A DNA stretch of 64,000 bases from Mobula hypostoma (GCF_963921235.1 NC_086097.1:216940001-217004000); one strand, 5' to 3'; positions 48,945-62,821 are shown, numbered from the stretch's first letter. The notes: generated by a model not told the origin, from the letters alone. A program made the numbers and translations.

Positions 48945-50945
48945 ACTGACAAACCCCGCACTTCCCGTTTCCACCTCCTACCCAAGATCCACAAACCTGC
49001 CTGTCCAGGTAGACCCATTGTCTCAACTTGCTCCTGCCCCACCGAACTCATTTCTGCATACCTTGACACTGTGTTATCTCCCCCTTGTTCAATCCCTTTC
49101 CACCTATGCCCATGACACTTCTCACGCTCTGGATTTTTTCAATGATTTTAAGTTCCCTGGCCCCCACCGCCTTATTTTGACCATGGATGTCCAGTCCCTA
49201 TATGCCCCATCCCTTAGGAAGGTCTCAAAGCTCTCCGCTTCTTTTTGGATTCCACACCTAACCAGTTCCCCTCTACCACCACTCTGCTCCGTCTAGCGGA
49301 ATTAGTCCTTACTCTCAATAATTTCTCCTTTGGCTCCTCCCACTTCTTCCAAACTAAAGGTATAGCCATGGGCACCCGAATGGGTCCCGGCTATGCCTGC
49401 CTTTTTGTTGGCTTTGTGGAACAATCCATGTTCCAAGCCTATACTGGAATCCATCCCCCACTTTTCCTTTGCTACATCGATGACTGCATTGGCGCTGCTT
49501 CATGCACGCGTGCTGAGCTCATTGACTTCATTAACTTTGCCTCCAACTTTCACCCTGCCCTCAAATTTACCTGGTCCATTTCCGACACCTCCCTTCCCTT
49601 TCTTGATCTTTCTGTCTCTATCTCTGGAGACAGCTTATCTACTGATGTCTACTATAAGCCTACGGACTCTCACAGCTACCTGGACTATTTCTCTTCCCAC
49701 CCTGTCCCTTGCAAAAATGCCATCCCCTTCTCGCAATTCCCCTGTCTCTGCCGCATCTGCTCTCAGGATGAGGCCTTTCATTCCAGGAAGAAGGAGATGT
49801 CTTCCTGTTTCAAAGAAAGGGGCTTCCCTTCCTCCACCATCAACTCTGCTGTCAAATGCATCTCTCCCATTTCACGCACATCTGCTCTCACCCCATTCTC
49901 CTGCCACCCCACTAGGGATAGGGTTCCCCTTGTCCTCACCTACCACCCCACCAGCCTCCGGGTCCAACATATAATTCTCCGTAACTTCTGCCACCTCCAA
50001 TGTGATCCCACCACCAAGCACATCTTTCCCTCCCTCCCCCTTTCTGCTTTCCGCAGGGATCGCTCCCTACACGACTCCCTTGTCCATTCGTCCCCCACAT
50101 CCCTTCCCACCAATCTCCCTCCCGGCACTTATCCTTGTAAGCAGAACAAGTGCTACACATGCCTTTACACTTCCTCCCTCACCACCATTCAGAGCCCAGA
50201 CAGTCCTTCCAGATGAGGCGACACTTCACCTGTGAGTCGGCTGGGGTGATATACTGCGTCCGGTGCTCCCGGTGCGGCCTTCTATATACTGGCGAGACCA
50301 GACACAGACTGGGAGACCATTTCGCTGAACACCTACGCTCTGTCCGCCAGAGAAAACAGGATCTCCCAGTGGCCACACATTTTAATTCCACGTCCCATTC
50401 CCATTCTGACATGTCTATTCACGGCCTCCTCTACACTGTAAAGATGAAGCCACACTCAGGTTGGAGGAACAACACCTTATATTCCGTCTGGGTAGCCTCC
50501 AACCTGATGGTATGAATATTGAGTTATTTAACTTCTGTTAATGCCCCTCCTCCCATTCTTACCCCATCCCTTATTTATTATTATTTTTTATTTTTTATTT
50601 TTTCCTTTTTTTCCCTCTCTTTCTTCTCTCTCTGTCTCTCTCACAGTAACTCCTTGCCTGCCCCCCATCTTCCTCTGGTGCTCCCCTCCCCCTTTCTTTC
50701 TCCCTAGGCCTCCCATCCCATGATCCTCTCCATTCTCCAGCCTTGTATCCCTTTTGCCGATCAACTTTCCAGCTCTTGGCTCGATCCCTCCCCCTCCTGT
50801 CTTCTCCTCCTCCCACTTTCAAATCTCTTACTATCTCTTCTTTTAGTTAGTCCTGACGAAGGGTCTCGTCCCGAAATGTCAAATGTGCTTCTTCCTATGG
50901 GTGCTGTCTGGCCTGCCGCATTCCACCAGCATTTTGTGTGTGTTG
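48945..50945 (+). mobile_element. Penelope-like retroelement: RT, GIY-YIG endonuclease, pLTR (best-preserved copy)
   Basis: LLPKIHKP (~48975), TMDVQSLY, ORF 49245-50216 (GIAMGTRMGP, CYIDDCIG, LPFLDL, YYKPTD), ORF 50150-50515 (GVIYCVRC..CGLLYTGETRHRLGDHFAEH). pLTR with CTGACGA...GAAA at 50853-50876. Confidence 0.93.
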
Positions 50946-51062
50946 ACTGCTATTAATTAGCTCCTTTGGTGTTTACTCACAATCCTAATTATCAATGTCT
51001 TTGGCCTTCCATGTCAGAAAAAGAGATGAAACTTTCAAGTTATGAGTACCACTTTGAGGAAC

Positions 51063-52152
51063 TTTGAAAATTGGCTGGCTGACAGGAAACAAAGAGTAGC
51101 GATTAACGGGTCCCTTTCGGAATGGCAGGCGGTGACCAGTGGAATGCAGGGTTCAGTGCTGGGACCACAGCTGTTTACAATATACATTAATGATTTAGAT
51201 GAAGTGATTAAAAGTAACATTAGCAAATTTGCAGATGACACAAAGCTGGGCGGCAGTGTAAAATGTGAGGAGGATGTTATGAGAATGCAGGGTGACTTGG
51301 ACAGGCTGGCTGAGTGGGCAGATTAATGGCAGATGCAGTTTAATGTGGATAAATGTGAGGTTATCCACTTTGGTGGTAAGAACAGGAAGGCATATTATTA
51401 TCTAGATGGAGTCCAGTTAGGAAAAGGGGAAGTACAACGAGATCTAGGTGTTCTTGTACATCAGTCACTGAAAGCAAGCATGCAGGTACAGCAGGCAATG
51501 AAGAAAGCTAATGGCATGTTGGCCTTCATAACAAGAGGAATTAAGTATAGGAGCAAAGAGGTCCTTCTGCAGCTGTACAGGGCCCTGGTGAGACCATACC
51601 TGGTGTATTGTGTGCAGTTTTGGTCTCCAAATTTGAGGAAGGACATTCTTGCTATTGAGGGAGTGCAGCATAGGTTCACAAGGTTAATTCCTGGGATGGT
51701 GGGACTGTCATATGTTGAAAGATTGGAGCGACTGGGCTTGTATATACTGGAATTTAGAAGGATGAGAGGGGATTTGATTGAAACATATAAGATTATTAAG
51801 GGATTGGACACGCTGGAGGCAGGAAGCATGTTCCCGCTGATGGGTGAGTCCAGAACCAGAGGCCACAGTTTAAGAATAAGGGGTAGGCCATTTAGAACGG
51901 AGTTGAGGAAAAACTTTTTCACCCAGAGAGTGGTGGATATGTGACATGCTCTGCCCAGAAGGATGTGGAGTCCAAGTCCCTGGATGATTTCAAGAAAGAG
52001 ATAGATAGAGCTTTTAAAGATGGTGGAATCAAAGGTTATGGGGATAGGGCAGGAACTGGATACTGATTGTGGACGATCAGCCATGATCACAGTGAATGGT
52101 GGTGCTGGCTTGAAGGGCCGAATGGCCTACTCCTGCACCTATTGTCTATTGA
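51063..52152 (+). mobile_element. CR1 LINE RT-to-tail fragment, same subfamily as 6984-8370
   Basis: ORFs 51042-51326 (QGSVLGP, SKFADDTK) and 51333-51944; tail ctattgtctattg. Confidence 0.92.
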
Positions 52153-52469
52153 ACAACTACTCATTATATGCCCACTGTCTCCCCTGGCTATCTCATCTAT
52201 ACTTCCTCCCATCCAGCCTCCTGTAAAGATTTTTTCTCATTTTCCCAGTTCCTCCATCTCCATTACATTTGCTCCAATGATAAGATGCTCAGGAACCTCT
52301 GCAATGGATCATCCTTCAGAATTTCCACCACGTGCAGCCAGATACCACCAATGCATGTTTGAGGAACAATACCTCATCTTCCATCTGGACACATAGAAGC
52401 CTTCCAGACTTCAGCTTTGAATCTCTGACTATTAGTTTGGAGAGAATCTAATAGTCCCTACAATTAGAT

Positions 52470-53540
52470 GCAGGTTCATGCACTTTGGTAGATGGTATAA
52501 AAGCATGGCCTTTTTTCTAAAGGGGGAGAAACTTCAAAAATCAGAGACACAAAGGAACTTGGGAGTCCACCTTAAAAGTTACCTTGTTTAGGCTCTTGAA
52601 CAAACTGGATAACTGCACTCACTTACCCCATCATTGAGATGCTCCCACACCCAATGATCTCACTCTAAGGACTCTTTATCTTTTTATTTCATGTTCTTGT
52701 TATTCATTTCTCTTTATTTATATTTGCATTTGCACAGTTTGTTGTCATCAGTGAGTTGATCTTTCATTGATTCTGTTTATAGTTACTAATCTATAGATTT
52801 GCAGAGTATACCCACAGGAAAATGAATCTCAGGGTTGTACATGGTGATATATATGTACTTTGAACTTTGAACTTTGAGGTTGAGTCAGTGGTAAGGAATG
52901 TAAATGCACTGTTAGCATTCATTTTAAGAGGACTAGAGTACAAAAGCAAGGATGAAATCCTGAGGTTTCATAAGGTACTGGTTCGACCACACTTGGAGTA
53001 TCATGAGCTGTTTTGTGCTCCTTATCTAAAAGGATGTGCTGGCATTGGAGAGGGTGCAGAGGAGGTTCACAAGAATGATCTCAGGAATGAATCGGATAAC
53101 AACTGAGGAGCATTTGATGGCTGCGGACCTGTAACCACTGGAATTTAGAAGAATGAGAGGGGATCTCATTAAAACATACTAAAGCTCCTAGATAAAATGG
53201 AAGTATGTGAGGATGTGGGAGTCTAGGACCAGAGGGCACAGTCTCAGAAGAGAGGAACATTTGTTCAGAACAGAGATGAGGAAAAAAAATTCTTTAGCCT
53301 GAAGGTGGTGAATCTGTGGAATTCATTGCCATAGACAGCTGTGCGGGCCACATGATTGGGTATGTTTAAGGTGGAAGTTGATAGGTTCTTGATTAATCAG
53401 GGCATCAAAGGTTATGGGGAGAAGGCGGGAGAATGGGGTGGAGAGGGATAATAAATCACGCATGATGGAGTGGCAGAGCAGACTCAATGGGCCGAATTAC
53501 CTAATTCTGCTCCCATGTCTTATGGTCTTATGGTCTTATT
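52470..53540 (+). mobile_element. CR1 3' part with a Rex1 tail inserted at ~52585-52875
   Basis: ESVVRNVNALLAFILRGLEYKSKD...VRPHLEY; tail (TCTTATGG)n; the insert ends actttgaactttgaac. Confidence 0.8.
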
Positions 53541-53569
53541 CCTTTCTGTCTGTGTAAGAACTGGCTAAA

Positions 53570-54822
53570 ATTATCCCGGAAATAAAAGGGTTAACCTATA
53601 AGTTGCTCTGGATCTCTACATACTGAAGTTTAGAAGAATGAGTGGGGATCTTACTGAAATCTACTGAATATTGAAAGGTCTAGATGGAGTGGGCATGCAG
53701 AGAATGCTTCAACTAGTGTGAGAGTCTAGGACCAGGTGACACAGCCTCGGAAGTGAAGGCATCTATTTAGAACAGAGATGAGGAGGCATTTCTTCAGCCA
53801 GAGGGTGGTGAATCCGTGGAATTCATTACTACAGGTGGCTGTGCAGGCCAAATTATTAGGTATATTTAAAGCAGAGGTTGATAGATACCCTGAAGAAGTT
53901 TAAATCGTCTCTTCAATGGGTGTTCAGTGAAGCCCTCTCTCTTTGCTCGCCCTCTGTGATATCTGCTGCCCTCCAACTCTTTGACCATGTGCTCGCTGAG
54001 ACCCGCTACCGGAACCACGTATTCTTCCTGGGAGCTTGTCTTCGCTGCCATCCCATGCCACATGACTTCCAGCTCTGTTCTCAGGTCTCTCGGTTTGGAC
54101 CCACCAAGGATCCCAGGTACTCTTGTTCAATTAACTGCTTCTCCCTCCGCATTCAACACACCACCCTTTCCACCGTGCAGAGCCCTGTCTCAGTCGCTGC
54201 CAAAGCTTTGGTCCTCTCTCTCTCCTCTGCCTGTCATGGACCTCTCCGATATTTTATTCTCTGCCAGATCCACGGCTTCAACCATCAGTTCTTTGCCTTC
54301 CTATGGATTTCTCCTTCTGGTAAACAAATTCCACCCACTTCCCTTATTCCCCACACTGACCTCTTACCTCTTCTCATCTGCCTATCACTTCTCCCTGGGT
54401 CCCCTCCTCCTTCCCTTTCTCCTATGGTCCACTCTCCTCTCCTATCAGATTCTTTCTTCTCCAGCCCTTGACCTTTCCTACCCACCTAGCTTCACATCAC
54501 CTTACAGCTAGCCTCTTTCTCCTCCCCCTTCCTTTTTATTCTGGCATCTTCCCCCTTCCTTCTCAGCCCTGAAGAAGGGTATCAGCCTGAAGCTTCGACT
54601 GTTTATTCATTTCCATAGATGCTGTCTAACCTGCTGAGTTCCTCCAGCATTTTGTGTGCATTGCTTTGGATTTCAGCATCTGCAGACTTTCTTGTGTTTA
54701 GCTACTTAATTAGTAAGGGAGTCAAAGGTTATGGGGAGAAGGCAGAAGAATGGGGTAGAAAAGGAAAATAAACTGGGCATGATCAAATGGAAGAGCAGAA
54801 TAGCCTAATTCTGCTCCCATGA
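53570..54822 (+). mobile_element. CR1 3' part split by an internally deleted Penelope-like element (~53887-54700)
   Basis: The CR1 breaks at gcagaggttgataga and resumes at cttaattagtaagggagtcaaaggttatgggg. The insert ends in a pLTR with CTGAAGA at 54569-54575. Confidence 0.7.
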
Positions 54823-54824
54823 CT

Positions 54825-54995
54825 GGGTTGCCTGGTGGTGTAGTGGCATCAGCACCAGACTTTGAGACAACTGCTCCTGGGTTCAAATCTGGCTGACTCC
54901 TTGCACTCTTTACTAGGTTGAGCGTTGAGAAAGCTAATGACACAGTGAAGTTGCCGCCCAATGCGCCACAGAGTGCAGTGAGGAATAACTAACTC
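54825..54995 (+). mobile_element. tRNA-derived SINE related to 4359-4555
   Basis: ctggtggtgtagtggcatcagcaccagactt...gggttcaaatc (A and B boxes). Confidence 0.65.
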
Positions 54996-55139
54996 CCATC
55001 TCTTATAGTCTTATGGCCTTATTTCTGCCCGTACAACCATTTGTGAATTAGCTAAATTTTTCCTCAGAGAGAGATAGCACTGAAATATACCCTACTAAGT
55101 TTTTCTCTCCCAGTTCTCACAAAGGGTCCAGGATGTGAA

Positions 55140-55603
55140 AGAACATAGAACGTAAAAAATAGAATGCTCCATAATCAGACTAACCCTTCTCTCCTACACA
55201 ATCCATAACCCTCCAGTTTTCTTACGTCCTTAAATATACCTATTATATCAACTCTACCACCACCTCAGGCTCTGTGTTCCAGGCACCTACCATTCTCTTT
55301 GTGAAAAAAAACCCTACATCTCTCCTTAAACTTAAATGCATGTCCTATGATATTGGCCATTGCTGCCCTGGATAAAAGGCAATGACTGTGTACTCTCATA
55401 GTCTTATACACCTCTATCAAGTCGCCTCTCATGCCTCTTTGCTCCAAAGAGAAAAATCCTAACTCGCTCAACTTTTCCTCATAAGACATGTTCTCTAGTC
55501 CAGGCAGCGTCCTGGTAACTCTCCTTGGCACCGTCTCTAAAGCTTCCACATCCTTCATATAACGAGACAACCAGAAATGAACACAATAATCCAAGTGTGG
55601 TCT
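55140..55603 (-). mobile_element. CR1 3' fragment
   Basis: Minus ORF 55265-55768 RPHLDYCVHFW...MRGDLIEVYK. Confidence 0.8.
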
Positions 55604-56175
55604 GATTTGCTGTGTGTTTCTAGCATTTTCTGCTTTTATTTCACATGTCCAGCAATTACATTTTTTTTTACTCAAGCCCATTTTGAATGTGATTTCAGAC
55701 ATCACAGTTGGAGCTGTAAATTTAAAAGAAACTTTAATATTGATTGTGAATAGGATCCTGTAGCACAAAAATCATTCTCAGATCATGTCATCTGATTGGT
55801 TGGTTTAAAGTTCTTGAATTGAACTGCTTGAGAAGAAGGTAAAACAACAGATTTTCTCTTCCTCCTCCACTTCCAGTAGAGTCCAGCACTGCACAGGCAA
55901 ATTCCTTTGACTAATGGTTTCAGAATTATAAGCAGAGAGTTTATTTAAAACTAACTTACCTCAGAAATGAATGCCACAAATTAGCATGAGCTCAGCTTAT
56001 GACATTGACAAATCAATCATGTGAGAAATATACTAAAAATAATTGTCTTGCTATTAGGATCTGTTTTTATATGTTACAGCTAGCATTTATCATCAGCAGG
56101 ATGTGTATGACATTCAAATACATGTAAATCAAAATTTTTATTTGTGAATCTGTCAGACTGCTTAATTCAGCCAGA

Positions 56176-56541
56176 AGACCATAAGACATAGGAGTAAAAT
56201 TAGGCCATTCAGCCCATCGAGTCTGCTCTGCTATTCCATCATGGCTGATCCAGATCCCACTCAACCCCATATACCTGCCTTCTCACCATCTTTGATGACC
56301 TGATTGATCAGGAAACCATCAACTTCCGCCTTAAATATACGCACAGACTTGGCCTCCACCGCAGTCTGTGGCAGAGCATTCCACAGACTCACTATCCTCT
56401 GGCTAAAAAAATTCCTCCTTAACTCTGTTCTAAAGGGTTGCCCCTCTGTTTTGAGGCCACGCCTTCTAGTTCTGGATACCCCCACCACAGGAAACACCCT
56501 CTCCTCTTCCACCCTATCCAGTCCTTTCAACATTCGGTAGC
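56176..56541 (-). mobile_element. CR1 3' fragment
   Basis: Minus ORF 56261-56551 YRMLKGLDRV...FRTELRRNFFSQRIVSLWN, plus tail. Confidence 0.85.
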
Positions 56542-56944
56542 CATTGCACATTATATCAGAATCACCATTTCCTCTTATAAGGACCAGATAGAGGTAGTTT
56601 AATAATTTTTAAAACAGTTTTGGTAATGTATAACGATGGTCACAGCTAAGTTTGAATGGCATATTTTTGAGTATAAAAGGAGTACCCCAGAGTTGATTAC
56701 ATATACATTGAAGTTCCAGTAAATACAGCACTACTTCTAACTCGTGTAGGATGAGCACTCTCACTCTTTTTGCGTCAGTCCTACTGAGGCACCCTCTCCA
56801 AACCTTCAAGCCTTGTGTTTCAAACTTCCATTGCTCCCTGAACACACTGTCTCATTTCAACTAGGTTTATATAGCCGTGATGCCAGGCCACACATTGCAG
56901 AATGAATGCATGCACACCCTCACACAAGCACCCACAGCCACACA

Positions 56945-59900
56945 AGTTCATATTTAATTATCATTCAACCATACATGAATATAGCCAAATGAAACAGCAT
57001 TCCTCCAGGGCCAAGGTGTAAAACACACTACCAACGACATACAGCACATCACGTAGCATATAGAAGACCATAATTCATAGGAGCAGAATTAGGCCATTCA
57101 GCCCATCGAGTCTGCTCCACCATTCCATCATGGCTGATTCTAAATCCCACTCAACCCCATACGCCTGCCTTCTTGCCATATCCTTTGATACCCTGAGCAA
57201 TCAGGAAACATCAATTTTCGCTTTAAATATACTCACTGCCTTAGCTTCCACAGCTATCTGCGGCACAGCATTCCACAGATTCACTACTCCCGGTCTAAAA
57301 AAATTTCTCCTTACCTCTGTTCTAAAGAATCACCTCTCAATTTTGAGGCTGTGCTTTCCAGTTCTGGACTCCCCACCATAGGAAATGTCCTCTCTACATC
57401 CACCCTATCTAGTCCTTTCAACATTCGGTAGGTTTTAATTAGATCCCCACACATTCTTCTAAATTCCAGTGGGTACAGGCCCAAAGCTGCCAAACACTCC
57501 TCATATGTTAACTCCTTCATTCCTGGAGTCATCCTCATGAACCTCTTCTGGACTCTCTCCAATGACAACACATCCTTTCTGAGATATACGGCCCAAAACT
57601 ATTGACAATACTCCAAGTGTGGCCAGCCTAGTATCTTATAAAGCATCAGCAATATCTCCTTGCTTTTACTGTATATTCTATTCCCTTGAAATAAATGCCA
57701 ACATTACATTTGCCTTCTTTACCACAGACTCAACCTATGAATTAAACTTTTGGAAGTCTTGCATGAGGACTCCCAAGTCCCTTTGCACCTCTGAAGTTTG
57801 AATTTTCTCCTCATTTAGATAATAGTCTGCACTTTGGTTCCTTTTACCAAAATGCATTATCATACATTCCCAACACTATATTCCATCTGCCCATTCTTCC
57901 AATTCGTCTAAGTCCTTCTTCAAACCCATTGCTTCCTCAGCACTATCTTCGTATCATCTGCAAGCTTTGCCACAAAGCCATCAGTTCCATCTAAATCATT
58001 GACAAACAATGTGTGGTCCCAATACTGACCCCAAAGGAACACCACCAGTCACTGGCAGCCAACCAGAAAAGGCCGTCTTTATTCCATCTCACTGCTTCCT
58101 GCCTGTCAACTATTCCTCGATCCATGCCAGTATCTTCCCTGTAATCCCATGGGATTTTATCTTGTTAAGTAGCCCCATGTGCGGCACCTTATCAAGTGCC
58201 TTCTGAAAATCCAAGTAAATGACATCCACTGCCTCTCCTTTGTCCACCCTGCTTGTTACTTCCTCGAAAAACCCCAACAGATTTGTCAGGTAAGATTTCC
58301 CTTTACAGAAACCATGCTGACTTTGATTTATTTTATAATCAGTCTCCAAGTACCCTGAAGCGTTGTCCTTAACAATGGACTCCAAAACTTTCCCAACCAC
58401 TGAGGTTAGGCTAACTGGCCTATAATTTCCTTTCTTTTGCCTTCCTCCCAGTCTTCTGGAAACATGCCAGAATCAAGTGATTCTTGAAAGATCATGCCCA
58501 ATGCATCTGCTATCTCTTCAGCAACCTCTCTCAGGACTCTGGGATGTAGTCCATCTGGTCCAAGTGACTTATCCACCTTAAGTCCTTTGGGTTTGCCTAG
58601 CACTTTTTCCTTTGTAATAGCAATGGCACTCACTCCACCCTGACACTCAAGGACGTATGGCACACTGTTAGTGTCTTCCACAGTGAAGGTTGATGCAAAG
58701 AACTTAATAACTTCATCCACCATTTCTCTGTCCCCCATTAATACCGCACCAGCATCATTTTCCAGTGGTCCAATATCAACTCTCACCTCCTTTTTACTCT
58801 TCATATAACTGAAAAAGCTTATACTATTCTGCTTTATATTATTGGTTTGTTTGCCCTCATATTTCACCTTTTCCCTTCTTATGGCTTTTTTAGTTGCCTT
58901 TTGTTGGATTTTAAAAACTTCCCAATCATTCAACTTCCCACTCACTTTTGCTACATTATATTCCCTTTCCTTGGCTTTTATGCAGTCCTTAACTTCCCTT
59001 GTCAGCCACGCTATTTGAGAACTTCTTTGTCTGTGGGGCATATCTGCTCTGCTTCTTGTGTACTATTCCCAGAGACTTCAACCACCTCTGCTCTGCCGTC
59101 ATCCTCGCCAGTATCCCCCTCCAATCCACCTGGGCAAGCTCCCCTCTCATGTCTCTGTAAATCCCTTTATTCCATTGCGATACTGATACATGTGACTTAT
59201 GCTTCTCCCTCTCAAATTGCAGTATGAATTCAATCATGTTACTATCACTGCCACCAACCTGATTTTACCAATCCCCTTGCACATTAAAGTCCCCCATTAC
59301 AATTGTGACGTGACCCTTATTACCTGTCCTTTCCAGCTCCCTTTGCAATCTCAACCCCACATCTTGGCTACTATTTGGAGGCCTATATATGATTCCCATA
59401 ATGGTTTTTTTACCCTTGCAGTTTCCTAACTCCACCCGCAAAGATTTGACATTCTCTGACCCCATGTCACCTCTTTCTAAAGATGTAATTCCATTTCTTA
59501 TCCACAGAGCCACACCACCGCCTATGCCTTCCTGCCTGTCCTATTGATACAAAGAACATCCTTTGATATTAAGCTCCCAATTATGACCTTCTTTCTGCCA
59601 TGACTCTGTGAGGCCCACAACATCATACCAACCAATCTCTAATTGCGCCACGAGTTCATCCAGCTTATTCCGAATGCTAAGCACATTTAAATACAACACC
59701 TCCAGTCCTGCATTCTTCACCCTTCTGAATTTTGCTTCTGCGGTACAACTTAACTCGTTGCTCTGTCTGCAGTTGTACCCAATCACTGGCTTGTCCTTCC
59801 TTACATTCATATTACATCCATCGTCTACTTGCAAACCTGCTGGCTCTTCCTTAGCTCTATTATACTGATTCCCATCCCCCTGCCATATTAGTTCAAACCA

Positions 59901-60545
59901 ATCCCAACAGCACATATGGTTATAATAGCAGAAAAATACAGTCACAAAAGAAATTATACTCCAATTCCCCATTCGGAATGGCTTGTAGATTGATGGTTCA
60001 TGGGATGTTGTCCTGGTCCAGCTTGATCTTCCACCAAGTGAACACCAGAGGACAGCACCGAGCAAACATTGGAGAGCAACTCTGGGAGGAGGGGCTCGCC
60101 CCCAACCCAGTACGGATTCCAGCAGACCGAAACAGACCTCTGCTCTCTCCCACACCACCTTGGTCTCTCCTTTCCTGGACAGCTGCAACAGGTGACAAGG
60201 AGGCATGAAGGCCTTGTCTACCAACAACCGAGGCAACACAGCTCCCCCACCGTCAGTCTCACCAGTGAACCAGTGAACCAAACTTGCAGTATTCTACATT
60301 ACCAATGTCCAACAGGATCTTGCAATCACAAAAAAAGAAGTCCAAGATAATCACTCGTGCCTCTGCGACATGACAACAGTACACAACATGTCCAGGCAAC
60401 GACAGAGCAGCGGTGCACAATAGGTCCAGCCCCATCGCTATCGAGCAGCTGATGGGGCAAACCTGTAGTACCTGATGTTCTTAATATACAGCAGTGTCTT
60501 GCAATCATTAAAAAAGATATAAAGGACAAACAATTATACCTCTGG
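56945..60545 (-). mobile_element. Second copy of the non-autonomous Rex1-related element, split by a CR1
   Basis: 56945-57060 and 59905-60545 align in order with 46427-47140. Confidence 0.55.
57062..59905 (-). mobile_element. Long CR1 LINE (end of ORF1, APE, RT, tail), decayed
   Basis: ELIWQGDG (ORF1 end), LYLNVLSIRNKLDEL...VGLTESW (APE), YRPPNS...MGDFN, GPDGLHPRVL, QHGFCKGKSYLTNL...YLDFQKALDKV; tail at 57062. Confidence 0.92.
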
Positions 60546-60548
60546 GTT

Positions 60549-60550
<2 letters not shown>

Positions 60551-60603
<53 letters not shown>

Positions 60604-60720
60604 CACACACCCACACATATACACAGCACGTGCCCACACCCACATACATTCTCACACACAACAGACAGACACATATGCACACACAGACATACACACATGC
60701 ATTATCACATCTGCACACAT
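60551..60720. repeat. (CA)n microsatellite: about 25 perfect units, then degenerate
   Basis: Seen directly. Confidence 0.95.
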
Positions 60721-62821
60721 GCCCACTTTTGGACATGAATGTTAACAGAAAAGGACCGGTTATTCCAAGTTTTTGCTAAATCAATAAAGTTAGCTCCACT
60801 CTGTTTCAGTGGCCACTCATTTTATTTTACTCCCATCAGCTGATCCAGTTCATGATGGAAGACGACTTTCTCGAGTGCCTTTTGGAGGCTCAATACACCA
60901 TATCATCCAAATTGCCCTCATCAATGTTTTCTGTTACATCAGCAAAATCCAGAATTTATTAAATATTCACAAAGTTGTGCAGGATTCCATAGCTGTTAAA
61001 GAGACTTCCAATGCTTGAACGTTGTTTCTACGAGCTTCCTAGCAATGAAAGGATGCATGTGGTTGGGAGGTGGATAGGATGAAGAATAACCTTAAATACA
61101 ACCCCAGAGAGAGACCAGAACTGAATGGGACAGCGTTAGCCATGTGGGGCAGAGTGGCCAGATCACCCTAACACAGGCCATCTTGCTACCCACTGTCAGA
61201 TTTAGAGCCAAAGAATTTGTATAGCATGAAATCAGTTTATTCAACCCAAATCATCTACACAAACAAGTGGGCACCTTTCATAATGACCCCATCTCCCAGC
61301 ATTTCATCCATAGCTCTCTATGTCTAAAATTTTAAGTGTTCACCTGGACATGTCATACTGCTGACTGCAACCCAGCTTCAACCATTCTCTCGGGCAGTGC
61401 ATTCAAGTATTTACCACTCTCTGGTAAAGAAGGTCCCCTTTTATTCCCTCTGAATCTCTTTCCCTTACCATAATCTATGGCCTCTAGTTTTATCTACCTC
61501 TGTTATGGGTGTTAGTTTCCTGCCATTCACCTTATCTAACTGAACTACTTACTCCACCCCAGGCAACAGGCTGCTGAATCTCTGCAGGACCCAGATAGTT
61601 GGCTCGCACCACCCTGGATCCAATGGTGTGTACCAGGTGACAACTGGCCATGAGGAAACCCAACCTCCAAAACTCCTCTGGTAGCCTATTACAGTCAGAA
61701 AATCCAAGGGCAGCTGTAAAATTTGGCACTGATTCTACAAGTTTTTAACATGTCTCTGACTATTTTAGTAATTTTGAAATCTATCGAAGTAACTAGATAT
61801 TATAAAATATATAGCTTTTAAAAATATACTAACTTTTTCTTATCAAAAACACAGAGAAGTATAGATAATAAATAACAAAATTAAATGAAATGGTTACGAA
61901 GTTATCTTCCCCTTATTTTGTTCGGATTCATATAACAATTTTAACTGTATCTGCTTTATAATTGCTAAGTCACTGATCCTCAAACTATTCTAATACCAAT
62001 TTAACTCAACATTACCATTTCATTCAGCAATCAAACTGCACAGTTTGAATTCATTTAGATTGAGCCATGGCACACGTGGGTTAGCAAGTGTTCAGTGAAG
62101 AGGAGATGAATAGGTGTGACTGCACCTGAGCCTATTAGCACCCACTCATCCTTGACCAGTCCTCAGTTGTTCAATGCAAGATAAACCTACCAGGACATGT
62201 TAAGTCTTCCTTCTTCAGTTCAGTTCATTCAGATGATTCAGCTAAACACTGTTGCCTCAGTGAAGTCCCATTACTTCGCCCTAAAGAGGAGTTGAAGCTG
62301 AGGGCTGGGGAAATATGGATCGGCTATCATCTTATTGAATGGTGGGACAGCCTTAAGTAGCTAGATGCCCTACCCCGGCCCTATTTTCTTAATTACATCT
62401 GTCTCTGGCACAACCTCACATCTATTTGGAAAGGTAACTCTATCACTGAGGTTTTATTCCACTGTACTTTCCAAGACACGAACACTTGCCAGTCAGTCAG
62501 CCTGTATTAGAGATGAGTTTGCCAGAACAAGCACTTACATTTCATGTATTTTGGAAGGGTAAGGCAGATGATTTTTCCCATTAGGCAGATTTCACTGAAA
62601 CACCATGGACTAGAAATTCATCCGTGTAATTTTTTCACATTTAAACAGCATTAGCAATCACTGCTTCAAAAAGCTCTAAATAAATGGTGACACAAGGAAA
62701 TCTGCAGATGCTGGAAATTCAAGCAACACACACAAAAAATGGTGAAATTCATTTGCACCAACACCAAGATAGCACTAGTAGGCTTCTTTGCATAACATCT
62801 CTATTACTAGCATCATTTAAG

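Noticed and set aside
49245..50515. Telomerase-like or domesticated RT gene
   Set aside because: Frameshifted, 5'-truncated, followed by GIY-YIG and a pLTR, with multiple related copies in the window. It is an ordinary Penelope-like element.
60326..60736. Cys/Val-rich 136-aa ORF
   Set aside because: Translation of the (TG)n microsatellite.
60830..61020. Exon-like stretch after tcccatcag
   Set aside because: The minus strand reads as decayed CR1 RT (VTENIDEGNLDDMVY...KALEK), not a MuRF exon.
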